Shown here in pieces: positions 27,330 through 37,210 of a stretch of 64,000 bases of DNA. The stretch spans positions 10,459 through 74,458 of the forward strand of contig JAIKWY010000094.1 in assembly GCA_024684395.1 (NCBI GenBank), read 5' to 3'. The stretch comes from Oscillospiraceae bacterium. GTDB lineage: Bacteria; Bacillota; Clostridia; Oscillospirales; Ruminococcaceae. The notes under the pieces are model-generated. The model was not told where the DNA came from. It was given only the letters and a program-made list of their open reading frames with translations, and ran no database searches. Numbering within the stretch: position 1 is the stretch's first letter; every line of letters starts with the position of its first letter. Made by a program: the position numbers and the translations under genes.

Positions 27330-28484
27330 TTGAGTTACTATTCGGCTGTGATCATTATATGCTGCATGGCACTTGGTGTGCTGTGTATCTGTGTCGGAGA
27401 AAACGCCCGGCTCACCCGGGAGGAAAAAAGCCAGCACTATCTGGCATATCTGCTGATTATTTGCGCAGCGAGTGCAGAGTGGCTGGGCGTGCAGTGGAAC
27501 GGCAAAGCGGCGATCCCTGCCTATGCACTTGCTGTTGCAAAATGCGCCGACTACATCCTGACGCCGTTTGCGGGCGGGATGCTCATCCGGCTGATCCGGA
27601 TCCGGAATCTCTGGAGCAGGCTGCTGCTCGGCATCCTTGTCGGGAACGCCGTATTCCAGCTGATCTCCCTGTTCACCGGATGGATGGTGAACATCGACGA
27701 AAACCACTGCTATTCCCACGGAAGGCTGTACTTTGTCTACATGACCGTCTACATGCTCGTGGCAGTCATCCTTGTGATCGAGTTCTTCATCTACGGCAAC
27801 AAGTACCGCAATCAGAACCGCTTCTCCCTGTATGCCATCCTCGTGCTTGTGATCGCCGGCATTGCGCTGCAGGAGTTCATCGGCAATTCCATCCGGACGG
27901 CATACCTTTCGCTGACCTTCGCATCGATCTTACTCTATATCCATATCACGGAATACGCCCAGCTCGCTGCCGATGACCATATCGAAGAGCAGGAGCACCA
28001 ACTCGTGACCGATCCCCTGACCGGCATCCTGAACCGCTATGCCTATGACAGGCGTCTCGAAGAGCTGAACTGCGAGGAGCAGCTCCCGGAGGATCTTGTA
28101 GTCTTTTCGATCGACCTCAACGGTCTGAAGGCGGTGAATGACTCCCTCGGACATGCCGCAGGCGATGAGCTGATCTGCGGGGCTGCCAGCTGCCTTGCTG
28201 CGGTATTTTCGGCATTCGGGCAGTGCTACCGGGTCGGCGGCGATGAGTTCTTCGTGATCGCCAGAATGGACCGTGAACAGGCGGGTATCTGCATGGCTGC
28301 CGTCGAAGAGCAGTGCAAGCGTTGGAGCGGCGAAAAGGCAAAGCATCTCCGGATGGCGATCGGCGCCGCATTTGCTGCGGATGACACGCACCTCTCCCCC
28401 GAGCAGCTCGCAAGAGCCGCCGACATGGAGATGTACAGCGCCAAGAGCGCCTATTACAGCAATTCTGCCAACAAGCACAGATAA
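27330..28484 (+). CDS. membrane-bound diguanylate cyclase (GGDEF)
   Basis: TTG start. There are about six N-terminal TM segments. Motifs: DPLTGILNR, IDLNGLKAVNDSLGHAAGD, RVGGDEFFV. Confidence 0.88.
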   Translation: MSYYSAVIIICCMALGVLCICVGENARLTREEKSQHYLAYLLIICAASAEWLGVQWNGKAAIPAYALAVAKCADYILTPFAGGMLIRLIRIRNLWSRLLLGILVGNAVFQLISLFTGWMVNIDENHCYSHGRLYFVYMTVYMLVAVILVIEFFIYGNKYRNQNRFSLYAILVLVIAGIALQEFIGNSIRTAYLSLTFASILLYIHITEYAQLAADDHIEEQEHQLVTDPLTGILNRYAYDRRLEELNCEEQLPEDLVVFSIDLNGLKAVNDSLGHAAGDELICGAASCLAAVFSAFGQCYRVGGDEFFVIARMDREQAGICMAAVEEQCKRWSGEKAKHLRMAIGAAFAADDTHLSPEQLARAADMEMYSAKSAYYSNSANKHR

Positions 28485-28593
28485 GTGCTGCTTGTTATAG
28501 TGAACAAATCCCTCCTTCGATTTTTGTGCATCATTTTCCGTAATTTTCCGGGCATATTGGTGTACTAACATGATAGAAAAGCCGATCAGATGA

Positions 28594-28703
28594 GGAAGTA
28601 CTGGTTTATTCATAAATCAGTACAAGGGGCGTGGGGCGAAGCCCCACAAAAAGTCCTTTTACTCTCCTCGAAGTACTGTAGTAACGATCGATCCGGTACT
28701 TCC
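28594..28703 (+). repeat. 110-nt MITE-like element, family B copy 2
   Basis: GGAAGTACTG ... CGGTACTTCC. It has the same internal hairpins and the same length as copy 1. Confidence 0.8.
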
Positions 28704-28747
28704 CTAAATCTGACGGATCAGACATCTATCACGAAGGAGGGATCATT

Positions 28748-31582
28748 ATGTCTAACGACTATACAAATCTATACGGCGGCGCTCCGTCTGAGCCGGAAGT
28801 GGCACCCAAGCCCTTCACGCTGGATTCTTCACAGGTGGATATGCCGCAGAGGAGCACGCCTCCGCCGCAGCGCCCGATGCCGCCGCTGGAGACCTATATC
28901 CCCCGCCCTGCACCGCCCCCGATGCAGACCATGCCGAAGAAGGAGAAAAAGCCCTTCTCCCCGATCCCGCTGCTGCTCGTTGCCGGCGTGGTATTCCTGT
29001 TCCTGGGCGGCGTGGTATTCCTGACAAGCACCTGGGATGTCATGCCCAACATGGGGCGTGCCGTGACGCTGCTCTCGGCGAGCGTGATCGCCTTTGCTGC
29101 CAATCTGTTGGCGGAGCGTGTGTTCAAGCTCCAGAAGACCGGACTGGCGTTCTATCTGCTCGGCTGTATCTTTTTGCCGCTTGCCATCGGCGGTATCGGC
29201 GTGTTTGCGCTGTTCGGCGACTGGTTCTCCTACAACGGCGACGGCTCGATGCTCCTATGGGCATCCGTGATGCTCAGCGTGGCACTGCCCACGCTCTACG
29301 GACAGCACCGCTACCAGAACAAATTCCTGGCATGGGTGAGCCTTGCAAGCTTCAGCGGCTGCTGGATCTTCCTGGCGCAGTTCTGCTCGGAGGAGCTCCT
29401 CGTGAACCGCTCCGGCTTCCCGGAGGTGGCAGGCAGGATCACCGCCTGCTCGCTCTGGGTGCTGCTCGGCGTCCTCTTCTCGCTGCTGACAGAATGGCTC
29501 AAGCGCAAAAAGCAGGGCACCCCGCTGGAAAGTGTCTCCCTCTATGTCCTGTATCCCCTGCTGGTGCTCGATCTCATCCTCGTCATCTTCCTGACCGATG
29601 AAGCGGCGATCGCAACCGCCATCCTCATGGCGCTCCTTGCCGTGCTCTTTGCGAATATCCGCTTCTCGTCCGGCACCTTCCACGGCGGCATCTTCGGCAG
29701 CCTTCCGGCTCTGCTCAGCACCGCCTCTGCCATCCTCGAAGCGACCCCTGACCGGATCGGCGGCAAGATCTCGCAGATGAACTTCGAGAAGTTCTGGTTC
29801 GTTCCGGTCTTTGCCGCACTGATCCTGATGGCAATGCGCTTTGTGAAGCATGAAGGCATCTCCAAGACCTACGGCATCACCGGTCTGGCAGTCGGTACCA
29901 TCATGATCCCGATCGGCGCCGTCGCAGCGATGTTCGGTCTCAAGAATCCTGTATTTGCCATGTTCCTGTACATGATGGTGATCATGGGGCTCGTGTTCTT
30001 CTTCATCCAGAAGAAGGCAAAGCTCCCGGCAGATTCCGCCTTCATGGCAGTGCATGTCTCGCTCGTCTTCCTCACGTCGCTGCTCTCCGCAGCCGGCTTC
30101 GGGATCCCGTATCCGCTGCTGCTGGTGATGATGGCGCTGCTGCTCCTTGCAGAGGGCTTGCTCTCCAGACGCATCTGGCATATCATGGCAGCTGTGGCAG
30201 CCTGCGCCGCCATGCTGATCGGACGCATCCCCATCTTCATGGACACCAATTTCTACATGGAGATCATGCTGGCATGGATCTTCACAGCCGGTTTCCTGGT
30301 GACTGTGATCTATGCGCATGTGACAGGCAGAACGCTGCTCGAAAAAGCAGGTGCCTGGTCGCTGATCTCGTTCCTGCTGTATGCCTTCATGCTGACGCTC
30401 GACATCTGGTTCGAGCATATGCCGGTCGTTCTGCTGACGCTGACGCTGGCGCTTGTAACGCTGCTCTACCTCCTCGAAGCAGTTGCCCTCGCACGCCACG
30501 AGCGCACCAAGGGTACGGTGCTCTATCTCGAGATCTTGGCAACGTTCTTCGCCTTCCTCTCCGTTGTAGTCCTCTATGACGAGAAGGAGAGCCCCTTCGG
30601 CTGGGGCTTCCTGCTGCTGATCATGCTCGGGATCTATGCGGTGGTCTTCACCCGCAAGAAGTTCAACGCCGTGGCGATCCCGCACCTGCTGATGATCTAC
30701 TTCACGGCACAGCATATGCTCGAAGAGCTCAACGCCGACCGTCTCGAAGCACTCGGCATGGCGAATGCCGGCACCTGGAGCACGGTATTCCAGGTCATCG
30801 GCTTTGCCCTCCTGCTCGGACTCTTCGCACTGATGGGACGCTTCCTCGTACCGGAGGGCTTCTGCATCATGCAGGAAAAATCCTTCCGCATGGACTGGCC
30901 GCTCTTAGCGGGCGTGCTGCCGATCGTGGGCTCCGTCGTTGTGATCGACTGGCATCCGATGCTGCTGTTCTTCCTGTTCCTGACGCTGTATTCGCTGCTC
31001 TATGTCGGACGGCTCCAGCACCGCCGCATCCCGGCGCTTCTGGCATCGCTGTTCTTCTGCATGACGATCCTCGTCCACAACTGGGAAGACCCGTTCGGGC
31101 TGTTCGTCCTCTGGCACAACTGGGAGGTACGCACCCCGCAGCTCCTGCTGTACCTGCTGCCGCTGCATCTGTTCATCTTCTCGCTGCTGTACATTTTGCC
31201 GAAGACGATGCGTCCCGGTGTCCATGTGGCAAGATTCGTGATGTACTGCCTGACGATGTTCTGCCTGCTCCTGTCGAGCATGAATTTCGGCAATGTGGCA
31301 GACGCGATCATCCTCGTGGTATTCAGCTTTGCGATCTTAGGCGGCAGCTTCTTCGTCAGAAGACTGCGCTGGTTCACGCTCGGCTTTGCAGTGCTGGTGG
31401 TGATGACCGTCCGGCTGACATGGTCGTTCTGGACATCGCTGCACTGGGGCATCTACCTGTTCCTGGCAGGCGCCCTGCTCATCGCCATCGCATCTGTCTT
31501 CGAGCTGCGTGTCCGCCGTGCGGCAGAGCATCCCGAGCAGCCGAAGAAATCCATGAACCCCTTCGCCGCATGGCGTTGGTGA
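28748..31582 (+). CDS. large polytopic membrane protein, unknown function
   Basis: 944 aa. It has a Pro-rich N-terminus and, by eye, more than 20 hydrophobic segments. SD GAAGGAGGG. Confidence 0.7.
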   Translation: MSNDYTNLYGGAPSEPEVAPKPFTLDSSQVDMPQRSTPPPQRPMPPLETYIPRPAPPPMQTMPKKEKKPFSPIPLLLVAGVVFLFLGGVVFLTSTWDVMPNMGRAVTLLSASVIAFAANLLAERVFKLQKTGLAFYLLGCIFLPLAIGGIGVFALFGDWFSYNGDGSMLLWASVMLSVALPTLYGQHRYQNKFLAWVSLASFSGCWIFLAQFCSEELLVNRSGFPEVAGRITACSLWVLLGVLFSLLTEWLKRKKQGTPLESVSLYVLYPLLVLDLILVIFLTDEAAIATAILMALLAVLFANIRFSSGTFHGGIFGSLPALLSTASAILEATPDRIGGKISQMNFEKFWFVPVFAALILMAMRFVKHEGISKTYGITGLAVGTIMIPIGAVAAMFGLKNPVFAMFLYMMVIMGLVFFFIQKKAKLPADSAFMAVHVSLVFLTSLLSAAGFGIPYPLLLVMMALLLLAEGLLSRRIWHIMAAVAACAAMLIGRIPIFMDTNFYMEIMLAWIFTAGFLVTVIYAHVTGRTLLEKAGAWSLISFLLYAFMLTLDIWFEHMPVVLLTLTLALVTLLYLLEAVALARHERTKGTVLYLEILATFFAFLSVVVLYDEKESPFGWGFLLLIMLGIYAVVFTRKKFNAVAIPHLLMIYFTAQHMLEELNADRLEALGMANAGTWSTVFQVIGFALLLGLFALMGRFLVPEGFCIMQEKSFRMDWPLLAGVLPIVGSVVVIDWHPMLLFFLFLTLYSLLYVGRLQHRRIPALLASLFFCMTILVHNWEDPFGLFVLWHNWEVRTPQLLLYLLPLHLFIFSLLYILPKTMRPGVHVARFVMYCLTMFCLLLSSMNFGNVADAIILVVFSFAILGGSFFVRRLRWFTLGFAVLVVMTVRLTWSFWTSLHWGIYLFLAGALLIAIASVFELRVRRAAEHPEQPKKSMNPFAAWRW

Positions 31583-31601
31583 GCCCGGAAAGGAGCATTC
31601 T

Positions 31602-32579
31602 ATGATCTGTCCGGAATGTCAAACAGACTATGAGGGCGCTGTCTGCCCGCACTGCGGCAGGACAGCCCCCGAGGATCCGCCGAAGGTAGATCTATCCAAA
31701 CCGCAGGAGCCGGAGCCCGCACCCGAGCCCATACCGGAGCCCGAGATCGCTCCGATGCCTGAAAAAAAAGAGCCCCTCGTGCTCTATGTTGTCCTGTCGG
31801 GCATCGGCATCCTCATCCTGATGATCATGGCAGCGTCCATGCTCATCCCGAAGCTCGTCATGGAGGAGACCGGCACCCGGAAGGATGACGAGCAGGTCTT
31901 CTCCCTCCCCGACAGTCTCCGGGAGCGTGAGCAGAAGTCCCGCCGAGACCGTGACAGCAGCAAGGACGAGTACAGTCACCACATGTACGAGAGCGGCGAC
32001 CGGTTATGGGGCGTCCCCGGCGAACTGGGCGTGGATTACTATGCAGACGCCTGCAACGTCGGCGAGGACATCGCCCCCGGTGTCTACATGGTGGTCTCGG
32101 ACACGTTCGGGGAGTTCCGGGATGACGAGAACGATCCCTGCTACGGCGATTTCACTTATTCCATCTACTCCACCTACACCAGGACTGACTCCCGCCGGAT
32201 CGGCGGCGGCTGGGAGCAGAACAACGCCTATGTGGATCTGAAGGAGGGGCAGTCCATCGACTTCGCCTTTGCAAGGCTCTGGAAAATCGATTCGGAATAC
32301 TTCAATTATGAGCTTGACCCATTCACCTACAGCGGCATGTTCCTTGTCGGCAAGGATGTGGAACCCGGCACCTACAACGTCATCTGCAACACCAGCCAGT
32401 ACACGGGGACCTATTGTGTCTATAATGAGATCCCGCTCTGGGACACCGAAGCCGTGACCGACGGCTATGTAAGCCAGGGACACCGGGATGAGATCACCCT
32501 CGAAGAGGGGCAGTACCTCACCACCAATCTCTGCATCTTAGAGCGCACCACCACGGCAGGCACCGCTGTCCTCGACTGA
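31602..32579 (+). CDS. zinc-ribbon membrane protein, unknown function
   Basis: Begins MICPECQTDYEGAVCPHCG. A Pro/Glu linker and one TM follow. The extracytoplasmic part has duplicated D[IV].PG.Y segments. Confidence 0.7.
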   Translation: MICPECQTDYEGAVCPHCGRTAPEDPPKVDLSKPQEPEPAPEPIPEPEIAPMPEKKEPLVLYVVLSGIGILILMIMAASMLIPKLVMEETGTRKDDEQVFSLPDSLREREQKSRRDRDSSKDEYSHHMYESGDRLWGVPGELGVDYYADACNVGEDIAPGVYMVVSDTFGEFRDDENDPCYGDFTYSIYSTYTRTDSRRIGGGWEQNNAYVDLKEGQSIDFAFARLWKIDSEYFNYELDPFTYSGMFLVGKDVEPGTYNVICNTSQYTGTYCVYNEIPLWDTEAVTDGYVSQGHRDEITLEEGQYLTTNLCILERTTTAGTAVLD

Positions 32580-32791
32580 AACATCCCGCCCTTCCCCAGT
32601 ACGATGGGGAGGGGCGGTTTTATGCGGGGTGGGACTATTGCCCCAAGGCAGGTCGGGGTGCGCCAGCGCCCCCAAGAGCCTCCCCCAACGGAGGAGTTGC
32701 CAACGAACGGCGGCGGAGGGGGGCGGCTTGCAATCAGCCCACCCCAGAACCACAAAGCTTTCGTTTAAACATGCCTTTTTCCCTGACCCCC

Positions 32792-32820
32792 TTGACAAAC
32801 CCGCCGGAATGGTGTATAAT
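32792..32820 (+). promoter_or_regulatory. sigma-A-type promoter (htpG)
   Basis: TTGACA, 17 nt, TATAAT. CIRCE follows 13 nt downstream. Confidence 0.8.
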
Positions 32821-32832
32821 AAGAATCGGACA

Positions 32833-32859
32833 TTAGCACTCTTATTCATTGAGTGCTAA
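32833..32859 (+). promoter_or_regulatory. CIRCE operator (HrcA binding site) upstream of htpG
   Basis: TTAGCACTC-N9-GAGTGCTAA is a perfect match to the CIRCE consensus. It lies between the promoter (32792-32820) and the htpG start. Confidence 0.92.
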
Positions 32860-32877
32860 ACTAATACAGGAAAGAGG

Positions 32878-34767
32878 ATGTATACTATGGAAACCAAGGC
32901 TTTTCAGGCAGAATCCAAGAAGCTGCTTGACATGATGATCCATTCGATCTATACCCACAAGGAGATCTTCCTCCGTGAGCTCATCTCGAATGCTTCGGAT
33001 GCCATCGACAAGCTCTACTTCCGCTCTCTGACGGACGATTCCGTCGGCATGAGCAAGGACGACTTCGAGATCCGCATCGACCTCGACCGTGACGCCCGCA
33101 CCATCACCGTGACCGACAACGGCATCGGCATGACCGCCGAGGAACTCGAACAGAACCTCGGCACCATCGCAAGCTCCGGCTCTCTCGCCTTCAAGAAGGA
33201 CAACGAGCTCGGCGATGACCAGCAGATCATCGGACAGTTCGGTGTCGGCTTCTATTCCGCCTTCATGGTGGCAAAGCGTGTGACCGTCTACTCCAAGGCA
33301 TTCGGCTCCGACAAGGCATACAAGTGGCAGTCCGAGGGCGTGGAGGGCTACACCATCGAGGAGACCGAGATGGACACCCACGGCACCAAGATCGTCCTCG
33401 AACTCATGGAGGACACCGACGACGAGGGTTACAGCGAGTTCCTCGAGCAGTACCGCATCCAGGGGCTCATCAAGCGCTACTCCGACTATATCCGCTTCCC
33501 CATCAAGATGGAAGTCTCCCACCGTCATCTGAAGGAAGGCACCGAGAATGAGTATGAGGATGTCATCAGCCTCGACACCCTCAACACGATGGTTCCGCTC
33601 TGGCGCCGCAACCGCACCGAGCTGACCGATGATGACTACAACACCTTCTATCAGGAGAAGTTCACGGACTACATGCCCCCGATGGCATACAAGCATGTCC
33701 ACAACGAGGGCATCGTCAGCTATGATGCGCTGCTCTACATCCCGAGCAAGGCGCCCTATGACTACTATACCCGTGAATACGAGAAGGGGCTCCAGCTCTA
33801 CACCAACGGCGTTCTCATCATGGACAAGTGCGGCGACCTGCTGCCGGATTACTACAGCTTCGTAAGAGGTCTGGTGGATTCCGAGGATCTGTCCCTGAAC
33901 ATCTCCCGTGAGACGCTCCAGCATGACCGTCAGCTCCGTGCCATCGCCAAGAGCATCGAAAAGACCATCAAGAACGAGCTCACCCGCATGATCAAGAGCG
34001 ACCGTGACAAGTACGAGCAGTTCTTCGAGGCATTCGGCACCCAGCTGAAATACGGCGTCTATGCCGATTACGGTATGCACAAGGATGACCTCCAGGATCT
34101 CCTGCTGTTCAAGTCCTCCCGTGGTGACAAGCCGATCACCCTCGCCGAGTATGTCGAGAGCATGCCCGAGGATCAGAAGGACATCTACTATGCCTCCGGT
34201 GCAACGCCGGAAGCTATCGCAGCCCTCCCGCAGGCAGAAGCCGTTCTCGCCAAGGGCTACGAGATCCTGTACTTCACCGCACCGGTGGATGAATTTGCCG
34301 CCAAGCAGATGATCGCCTACAAGGACAAGCCCTTCAAGTCCGTCACCGAGAGCGACCTCGACCTCTCCACCGAGGAAGAAAAGAAGGAGCTTGAGGAGAA
34401 GCAGACTGAGAACAAGTCCCTGCTCGAGGCCATGGGCGCAGCGCTTGCCGGCAAGGTAGAGCGTGTGGCACTGTCCAGCCGTCTGAAGAGCCATGCCGTC
34501 TGCCTGACAAGCGAAGGCGACCTGACCCTCGAGATGGAGAAGGTGCTCAACGCCATGCCGACCGACAAGAAGGTACAGGCAAAGCTCGTCATGGAGCTCA
34601 ACCCGACGCATCCGGTCTTCACCAAGCTCACCGCCCTCAACGGCAAGGATGACGAGAAGGTCGCCAAGTACGCCAAGCTGCTCTACAACCAGGCGCTCCT
34701 GATGGAGGGTATGCCGGTCGAGAACCCGGCGGAGTTCTCCGAGCTGATCTGCGAATTGATGTCTTAA
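32878..34767 (+). CDS. htpG: molecular chaperone HtpG (Hsp90)
   Basis: Motifs: IFLRELISNASDAIDK, IGQFGVGFYSAFMVA, NISRETLQ. The second ATG at 32887 has better SD spacing. Confidence 0.96.
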   Translation: MYTMETKAFQAESKKLLDMMIHSIYTHKEIFLRELISNASDAIDKLYFRSLTDDSVGMSKDDFEIRIDLDRDARTITVTDNGIGMTAEELEQNLGTIASSGSLAFKKDNELGDDQQIIGQFGVGFYSAFMVAKRVTVYSKAFGSDKAYKWQSEGVEGYTIEETEMDTHGTKIVLELMEDTDDEGYSEFLEQYRIQGLIKRYSDYIRFPIKMEVSHRHLKEGTENEYEDVISLDTLNTMVPLWRRNRTELTDDDYNTFYQEKFTDYMPPMAYKHVHNEGIVSYDALLYIPSKAPYDYYTREYEKGLQLYTNGVLIMDKCGDLLPDYYSFVRGLVDSEDLSLNISRETLQHDRQLRAIAKSIEKTIKNELTRMIKSDRDKYEQFFEAFGTQLKYGVYADYGMHKDDLQDLLLFKSSRGDKPITLAEYVESMPEDQKDIYYASGATPEAIAALPQAEAVLAKGYEILYFTAPVDEFAAKQMIAYKDKPFKSVTESDLDLSTEEEKKELEEKQTENKSLLEAMGAALAGKVERVALSSRLKSHAVCLTSEGDLTLEMEKVLNAMPTDKKVQAKLVMELNPTHPVFTKLTALNGKDDEKVAKYAKLLYNQALLMEGMPVENPAEFSELICELMS

Positions 34768-34788
34768 GCAGGGAGCCCCTGCTGGCAG
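34768..34788 (+). repeat. family C variant directly after htpG stop
   Basis: GCAGGGAGCCCCTGCTGGCAG, with compensatory changes that keep the stem. It is followed at 34858 by CAATGCTTCGCAAAGG, which also occurs at 6885. Confidence 0.75.
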
Positions 34789-34903
34789 ACGCACGCCGGG
34801 TTTAGTTTAACACATAGCGCAGAACATGCGCTGACAATACACCGTACCGCATACAGCCAATGCTTCGCAAAGGCTGTATGGCTATTACGGAAAGGAATTA
34901 CCG

Positions 34904-35503
34904 ATGTTTGATAAAATTTTGCAGTTCTTTGTAAAACTGCTCCCCGCACCCCTGAAAAAGCTCTACGACAAGTACGAAGAGCTCATCATCTATATCTACT
35001 ACGGCCTTCTGACAACGATCCTGAACCTGATCGTACAGGGCGTTGCACAGATGATCCTCAACCCCCTGCCCATCTCCGGGCTCACCATCCCCGGCTTCTG
35101 GGGCTGGGAGGGGCTCGTCTGGGATGCGGCCGCCGTCAAGACGACCATCGCCACGGCGATCGCATGGACGGTAGCGGTCATCTTCGCCTTCTACGTCAAC
35201 AAGAAGTACGTCTTCAAGAGCGTCACCCATAGCTTCAAGCAGCTCATGTATGAGTTCTGGACGTTCATTTCGGCAAGAATCGCCTCTTTGTTCATGGAAA
35301 TGGTCATCATGAACATCGGTGCGCACTTCTACTCCACGGACGGCGTGCACGTAGACAATGTGCTGATGTACTGGATCTTCAAGTTCACGGCACAGGTCGT
35401 TGTCACGCTGGCGAACTACTTCTTCTCGAAGCTCGTCGTATTCCGGAAGAAGAAGGACAAGCCCGTCGAAGAACAGCCCGCATCTGACCCCACGGAGGAA
35501 TGA
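34904..35503 (+). CDS. GtrA-family membrane protein
   Basis: 199 aa. Four TM segments with a GtrA-like pattern (YIYYGLLTTILNL...FYVNKKYVFKS). Confidence 0.75.
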   Translation: MFDKILQFFVKLLPAPLKKLYDKYEELIIYIYYGLLTTILNLIVQGVAQMILNPLPISGLTIPGFWGWEGLVWDAAAVKTTIATAIAWTVAVIFAFYVNKKYVFKSVTHSFKQLMYEFWTFISARIASLFMEMVIMNIGAHFYSTDGVHVDNVLMYWIFKFTAQVVVTLANYFFSKLVVFRKKKDKPVEEQPASDPTEE

Positions 35504-35504
35504 C

Positions 35505-35927
35505 ATGGACATCTACGAACGCACACCGCACTATTACGAGACCGACCAGATGAAGATCGTGCACCACTCCAACTACATCCGCTGGTTTGAGGAGGCGCGC
35601 ATCCACTATCTGGATGCCGTCGGGATGCGTTTTGCCGACCAGGAAGCGACCGGCATCGTCTGCCCGGTGCTGACGGTCGATGCAAAATACATCGGCATGG
35701 TGCGCTTCGGCGACACCGTACAGATCGAGACCCGCCTGAATATGTACAACGGTCTGCGCTACGGCTTTTCCTACACGGTACGTGACAAGGCGACCGGCGA
35801 GGTGCGCTGCACCGGCACCAGCACCCACTGCTTCCTTGCTCCGGACGGCAGGATCCTCCGGGTAAAGCGGGAATACCTCCCGATGCACGAGATCCTGACA
35901 AAGTATCTCGAAGAAGACAAGCTATAA
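35505..35927 (+). CDS. acyl-CoA thioesterase, 4HBT/YbgC family
   Basis: Start trimmed to MDIYERTPHYYETDQMKIVHHSNYIRWFEEAR, the hotdog-fold catalytic Asp context. Confidence 0.85.
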   Translation: MDIYERTPHYYETDQMKIVHHSNYIRWFEEARIHYLDAVGMRFADQEATGIVCPVLTVDAKYIGMVRFGDTVQIETRLNMYNGLRYGFSYTVRDKATGEVRCTGTSTHCFLAPDGRILRVKREYLPMHEILTKYLEEDKL

Positions 35928-35935
35928 AAAACAAA

Positions 35936-35975
35936 CTGACCTCCCTAAGTACATGCGGGAGGTCAGTTATTTTTT
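35936..35975. terminator. bidirectional terminator between thioesterase and S4 genes
   Basis: CTGACCTCCC-loop-GGGAGGTCAG, flanked by an A-run and a T-run. Confidence 0.8.
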
Positions 35976-35998
35976 CATATGCAGACGGCAGGCAGTGC

Positions 35999-36241
35999 TC
36001 AGCCCTCCACCGTATACATCTGTGCGGCATCCGCCTTGGTGGCGTGTTCGGTGACAGTCGTCACACGAACCTTCACCGGGCGCTGTCCCATCTGGATCTC
36101 GAGCACATCGCCCTCCTTCACATCATAGGACGCACGGGCGACCTTGCCGTTGACCAGCACCTTACCGGCATCACACGCCTCATTCGCAACAGTGCGGCGC
36201 TTGATGAGCCGGGAGATCTTCAGGTATTTATCAAGTCTCAT
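35999..36241 (-). CDS. S4-domain RNA-binding protein (YabO/Hsp15-like)
   Basis: Begins MRLDKYLKISRLIKRRTVANEACDAGKVLVNGK. Confidence 0.88.
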   Translation of the reverse strand: MRLDKYLKISRLIKRRTVANEACDAGKVLVNGKVARASYDVKEGDVLEIQMGQRPVKVRVTTVTEHATKADAAQMYTVEG

Positions 36242-37149
36242 GGGGTTCCTCCTTCTTCTTCGTTGTAGAGCAAAGCAATGGTATCGGGGGTGACGGGCTT
36301 GAATACGCCGCCAGAGCTATCAGGTGTAACAGCGACCCAACTGCTTCCAAGCATGCACCGCACGACCTCGTATTCCTTTTCGATGGTGACTGTCACATCA
36401 AAACGGTCTGCGACCTTTTGCAGGGTCGCTGTGGTCTGCTCGTCGTTATAGCCATTATGCGCATAGCTGTACATCTCACTTTCGCCCAGATGCCAGAATG
36501 TCGTATAGACGCCTTCCGCCATCACAGATCCGCTGTTGCACGCAACATCTCCGCGGTACGGCCGGTAATAGAAGCTCATGTCATACTGATCCGTCCAGCA
36601 TGTTCCGGCATAGACGACCTTGCTGTCCTCATAGCGGAAGAACAGGACATCCTGATAACTGCCGCCTTTGGAGACAACAAGATTCGGAATGTCGGAATCA
36701 TCAACATGCAGCAGCGCATAAAACAAATCAGGCTGTTCGGTCGGCGCATTAGTTAACAGATAGACTGCATCCCCGCTTTCAAGAAGCTGTGCATAGCCAT
36801 CCTGCCAGCTTGTCGCATCTTCCACCATGATACCGCCGTTTTCGGTGTAAAGCGAATGCTTTTTCTCATACTCCACCTGCAGCCGTGCCGTTTCTTCTTT
36901 TTCACGGAGCTCATTTTTGGCATCGGATAACGAATCGGCTGCATTGGTTTCGGCAGATGCATCCTCGGATGTAGGCGCTTCCGTTACAGCTTCCTCTGTT
37001 GCAGGCACTTCCGTGGCAGCGGGTGATTCTGTGGTCTCCGTCTGCACAGGCAGCTCAGACACCTCCGACGAAGCCTCCGGAACCTGCGCACACCCGCCCC
37101 CCAGCACTGCCGTCATACACAGCAATGCGAACAAATACTTCCTTTTCAT
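36238..37149 (-). CDS. lipoprotein, unknown function
   Basis: Lipobox: LLCMTAVLGGGC. A Thr/Glu/Ala-rich linker follows. ATGA overlap with the S4 gene. Confidence 0.7.
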   Translation of the reverse strand: MKRKYLFALLCMTAVLGGGCAQVPEASSEVSELPVQTETTESPAATEVPATEEAVTEAPTSEDASAETNAADSLSDAKNELREKEETARLQVEYEKKHSLYTENGGIMVEDATSWQDGYAQLLESGDAVYLLTNAPTEQPDLFYALLHVDDSDIPNLVVSKGGSYQDVLFFRYEDSKVVYAGTCWTDQYDMSFYYRPYRGDVACNSGSVMAEGVYTTFWHLGESEMYSYAHNGYNDEQTTATLQKVADRFDVTVTIEKEYEVVRCMLGSSWVAVTPDSSGGVFKPVTPDTIALLYNEEEGGTP

Positions 37150-37165
37150 TCTGTTTCCCCTTTTT

Positions 37166-37198
37166 TCTACAGAAAAAGCCGGAAAGATCCGGCTTTTG
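37166..37198 (-). terminator. intrinsic terminator after HU gene
   Basis: GCCGGAAAGATCCGGC hairpin, with a T-run on the minus strand. Confidence 0.7.
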
Positions 37199-37210
37199 TC
37201 TTATTGATCC

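Noticed and set aside
32842-34794. 650-aa minus-strand ORF.
   Set aside because: It is the exact antisense shadow of htpG, which has all Hsp90 motifs plus a promoter and CIRCE.
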